Assembly (NCBI RefSeq): GCF_009914755.1
Contig: NC_060930.1
Length of the DNA: 64,000 nt
Direction: 5' to 3' (one strand)
From: the human T2T-CHM13v2.0 reference genome, Homo sapiens
Shown: positions 60,522 through 64,000 of the stretch, piece after piece
Position numbering within the stretch: position 1 is the stretch's first letter
Layout of the letters: each line of letters begins with the position of its first letter
Position numbers and translations under genes: made by a program
Notes under the pieces: generated by a model
Told to the model about the DNA's origin: nothing
What the model saw: only the letters and a program-made list of their open reading frames with translations
Database searches by the model: none

Positions 60522-61350
60522 CTTCTTTTGGCAAGATGGCTGCTACTGGAGATTGATCAATCAGGGTATAGTGGTCTTTATCCAGGTACTGGTCAAGTTC
60601 TATTAACCTTTCCTCAGAGCACTGCGTCATTCCATGATCACTTGTGATGATTAGGTTCAGAGTGTTCCACAACTTTGCCTTTTTCAGCATTTGTATGAGA
60701 TATCCTAACTTCTTGTCAATATCTGAAATGACAGGCCCCATGAGCGGACTGTCAGGTCCCAAATGGTGGCCCATGTCATCAGGGTCTTCCCAATAGAGAA
60801 GACCAAGATTTATGGGCTCTTTTGACGTAAACCATTCAATAATTTTGGCAACTCTATCTTCAAATGAAACTGACTCATTGTAAGGCATGTAATGAGTAGG
60901 AAAGCGCTTATGTATTTTTACATCTGTTCCGGGCCACATGGCTGCACCACTAGTATGTCCTGCCCTCTGGTTTGTGATCCATATTGGTGTCGCTTCTTCC
61001 CAAAACTTGGAATCATAAATATTCATGTGATCCAAGGAGAAAGATTTGTTCCGAATAGGATCAAACATATCATTTGCAACAATCCCATGATTCTCTGCAA
61101 AGAGGCCAGTTACCAAAGTATAATGGTTAGGGTAGGTTTTTGTAATAAAAACATTAGTAACTTGCTTCACGTGAACACCATATTTCATAATATAATGAAA
61201 ATGGGGCGTTGGAACTTTATATAAGTAATCCCAACGGAATCCATCAAAAGAAACTAGTAGAACCTTTTGCTGGTCTGGTTGGAGAGAAAAGGTGGTTGAA
61301 AGACTCAGTGCAGCAAGTATGAAGGACACCAAGAGAAATTTCGAAGTCAT
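60522..61350 (-). CDS. ENPP5: ENPP5 coding exon 1 (exon begins 61385): signal peptide and N-terminal catalytic domain of ectonucleotide pyrophosphatase/phosphodiesterase 5
   Basis: Acceptor TTCTACAG|ATTAT; ATG at 61350 (MTSKFLLVSF); [16 protein letters not shown] (Thr72/Tyr73), EDPDDMGH, TSDHGM; donor AAG|GTAAGG; 829 nt, phase 1. Confidence 0.97.
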
Positions 61351-62459
61351 TTTCAAAGTACTTGATCAGTTCAGTGTAAGATAATCTGTAGAATAAACAT
61401 ATAGAAATTAAAGGCAATAATTTTGTTTTGTATACTTTACCCCAAACTCAGAGTAACAGTGCTTAGCAATCCTAGTTATATTCATAAATCACAGCCTGGA
61501 AGAATTATGTCACAGAACTCCGTATTAGATAAGAGACCTGGGGCTAAATGAATAATAAAGCTAATAAGTTTAGCTGCATTTAAACAACTTTTTCACTTCT
61601 GAGAATTTATCTAAATATCCCTCAAAGGAATTATTTAAGTGAGCTCTTCAACAGCATTTTAAAATATGACATCATTTACATAAAACTTTTAGAAACATTT
61701 TCAGGTTGATCCAGACTTTTGACTTCTGGTCAGAAACTTTTTTATAGTCAAATACCTGTGAACATCCTTAACATTATGGCTAGAGCAACTATGGCAACCT
61801 AGCAACAATGAAGTATCATTAGCAAATCGAATAATGGTGCATATACATATATATTATATATATATGTATATGCACACTTCTATTTTCAACCCCTATGTTT
61901 GGTTAATCACAGACAAAAGATGTATTACTAAAGAGAGAGGAAAATAGATGAATTTGGTTTCTTGAAGTGAAATAACATTTGTGACATCCAGATATATTTA
62001 TTGAAAAGTAATCTGCATTCATTTATTAATAATCAAATCACAGCATTCGTTGAACTAAATAATTAGATTCTAAACTAAATATTAACAGAAATATAATTCT
62101 GAAATTTGTTGTTGACTTTCCTAATGTTAAAATTTGTCAAAATTTAATCTTATCATTGATAGGTGTAGTAAAAGCACTTCCCTGGTTTAAAGCTCTGTGA
62201 ATCAAGGTTGCTGGTCTTTTCCCCTAATCTGTGTATATTTCTAAAATACTTTCATTCTATTGAAGAAAGCTAATAAGACGCTGTATGGATAAACAATAGA
62301 TATGTAAATTTTGTCAGTTTTCATCAGGCGTGCACATCCAGCAGGGATCTTTTGTTCTCTCATTTTTCTACCCATTCCTGCATGAAGGTATTTATAAACC
62401 CACCAAAACTTAGATCAAACCACACTTGTACAAATAAATCTCTTGAAACTGCCTTTTGA

Positions 62460-62781
<322 letters not shown>

Positions 62782-63140
62782 TGAAGACATTTTTAAACTT
62801 CAAAAATATATCCTGTTTCACCTTGCTGTATTATAGGTACAGGTAAATAAAAACTACTTGGCATGCTTGCTTTGCTTTCAGAAATACAAGGTATATGTAC
62901 ATTGTGGGTATTCGCTGAGGGCAATAAATTCTGTTTTGCTGGTTTTAAACTGTGTTTTCACCATACCTAGACATTTCTTAAACTGAAATTGTTTTAGGTA
63001 TTGGTCTCAAGATGATAGCTCAAATGTCATATTTAAAAACGATTTCTTGGATGGCAATACTCTCTCTGATTCTGGAAGGAACATTAAACACAGTTGCAGC
63101 AAGGAATAGCAAATAGGTTACTGCAAATATATTTACTCAC

Positions 63141-63248
63141 CTATCTGGCTATGGATGGTAGTTGCTCTCTCTGTCCTTTCTCCCCCTAATTTTCTCTCCC
63201 ACCTTTTTAAAACAAGGAAGGCTAGTATCAACCAAATGTAATTTAAGG
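63141..63248 (-). other. ENPP5: Candidate ENPP5 non-coding 5'UTR cassette exon
   Basis: Minus-strand acceptor TTATTTCCTCTGCTTTTAG (AG at 63250-63249) and donor TAG|GTGAGT (63141/63140). Motif evidence only; the acceptor choice is uncertain. Confidence 0.45.
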
Positions 63249-63599
63249 CTAAAAGCAGAGGAAATAAACTACATGGAACACCTCATTTTCATCTATCTTA
63301 GCAAATTAATTCGGCACATGTGTAAGCAGGAGAAAACTGCTTTCTTGGGACCAACAAAAGTAAGCAAAGATTAAGTGTTGTCTAAAGCTTAGGAATGTTT
63401 GGCAAGAAGACTCAACATCACATCCATGACACAGAGCAATAAACAGAGGTGGGGGGTGGGGAATGAAAACAATCAGAATTTTTTTTTTTTTCGTGCACAA
63501 AATGCTGCACAAAACAGTGGAATCCCTGGATCTGGCTCCACATTTCATTGAGTACTTTCCAGTTCTTTCTCCCCTCCAACCCTTCCTCCACAAACAGAC

Positions 63600-64000
63600 T
63601 TGGAGAGCAGGAAGGACGGGGCACCGATTAAACGGAAGAGGGAAAGTGCAGAAGGAGTAGGTTTGTGTAGCTCGGGTAGACGTCAAGGGCGGGGGTGTCC
63701 ATCTTCTCCACCAGGATTCCATCCTAGCCACCCAGAATGGTCGCGGCGTAGGTTATGTTCCCAATTCCCAGTCATCCCGCCCACCGAGGCCTGGGCTTCT
63801 TAGATGTGCAGTGGCAAGGAGGGGACGTTGCTTTAGGGACCCAGAGGAGCAGTGTGGGTTCCCGGGAGGGAAGCCACCCACGCCCCTGGACTCACCCTCG
63901 CAGCGATCCGTTCAGTCCGTATTAGTTTGGAGCAACGGGAGGGAGGGTCTGGAGGAGACTCCCTCGGGCGCGCCGCGGGTAACGGCGGGAGGGTGACTGG
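63600..64000 (-). promoter_or_regulatory. ENPP5: ENPP5 CpG island; non-coding first exon ends at 63896 and continues beyond the window
   Basis: GC/CpG-rich; minus-strand donor AGG|GTGAGT (ACTCAC at 63890-63895). Confidence 0.75.

Overview
Primate (human-like) genomic DNA containing the tail-to-tail paralogue pair ENPP4 and ENPP5. ENPP4 is on the + strand and complete: non-coding exon 1 in a CpG island at ~23.1-23.3 kb, three coding exons giving 453 aa, and a ~3 kb 3'UTR. ENPP5 is on the - strand: three coding exons giving 477 aa, with its 5' CpG island and first exon running off the right edge. From memory this is the human 6p ENPP4/ENPP5 locus. The rest is transposon-rich: a decayed ERV1-like element with five nested insertions (0-5.7 kb), a full-length but inactivated L1PA5-like element (12.5-18.7 kb), two L1PA2-like intronic insertions, old L1M blocks, MaLR/ERV solo LTRs, DNA-transposon relics and Alus. 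No new protein-coding system is supported. The best non-obvious observations are: (1) a ~750-bp inverted duplication (9.2-9.94 kb vs 21.34-22.04 kb) not explained by interspersed repeats; (2) a convergent L1 pair bracketing the ENPP4 promoter and sharing apparently non-consensus variants; (3) a short 3' transduction tag on the ENPP4 intronic L1; (4) a twin-primed L1 with an extra micro-inversion and deletion in ENPP5; (5) a CAGTAG tandem acceptor conserved in both paralogues next to a zinc-ligand His; (6) several small unexplained duplications. Repeat subfamily names come from recalled consensus sequences, and identity values are eyeballed estimates.
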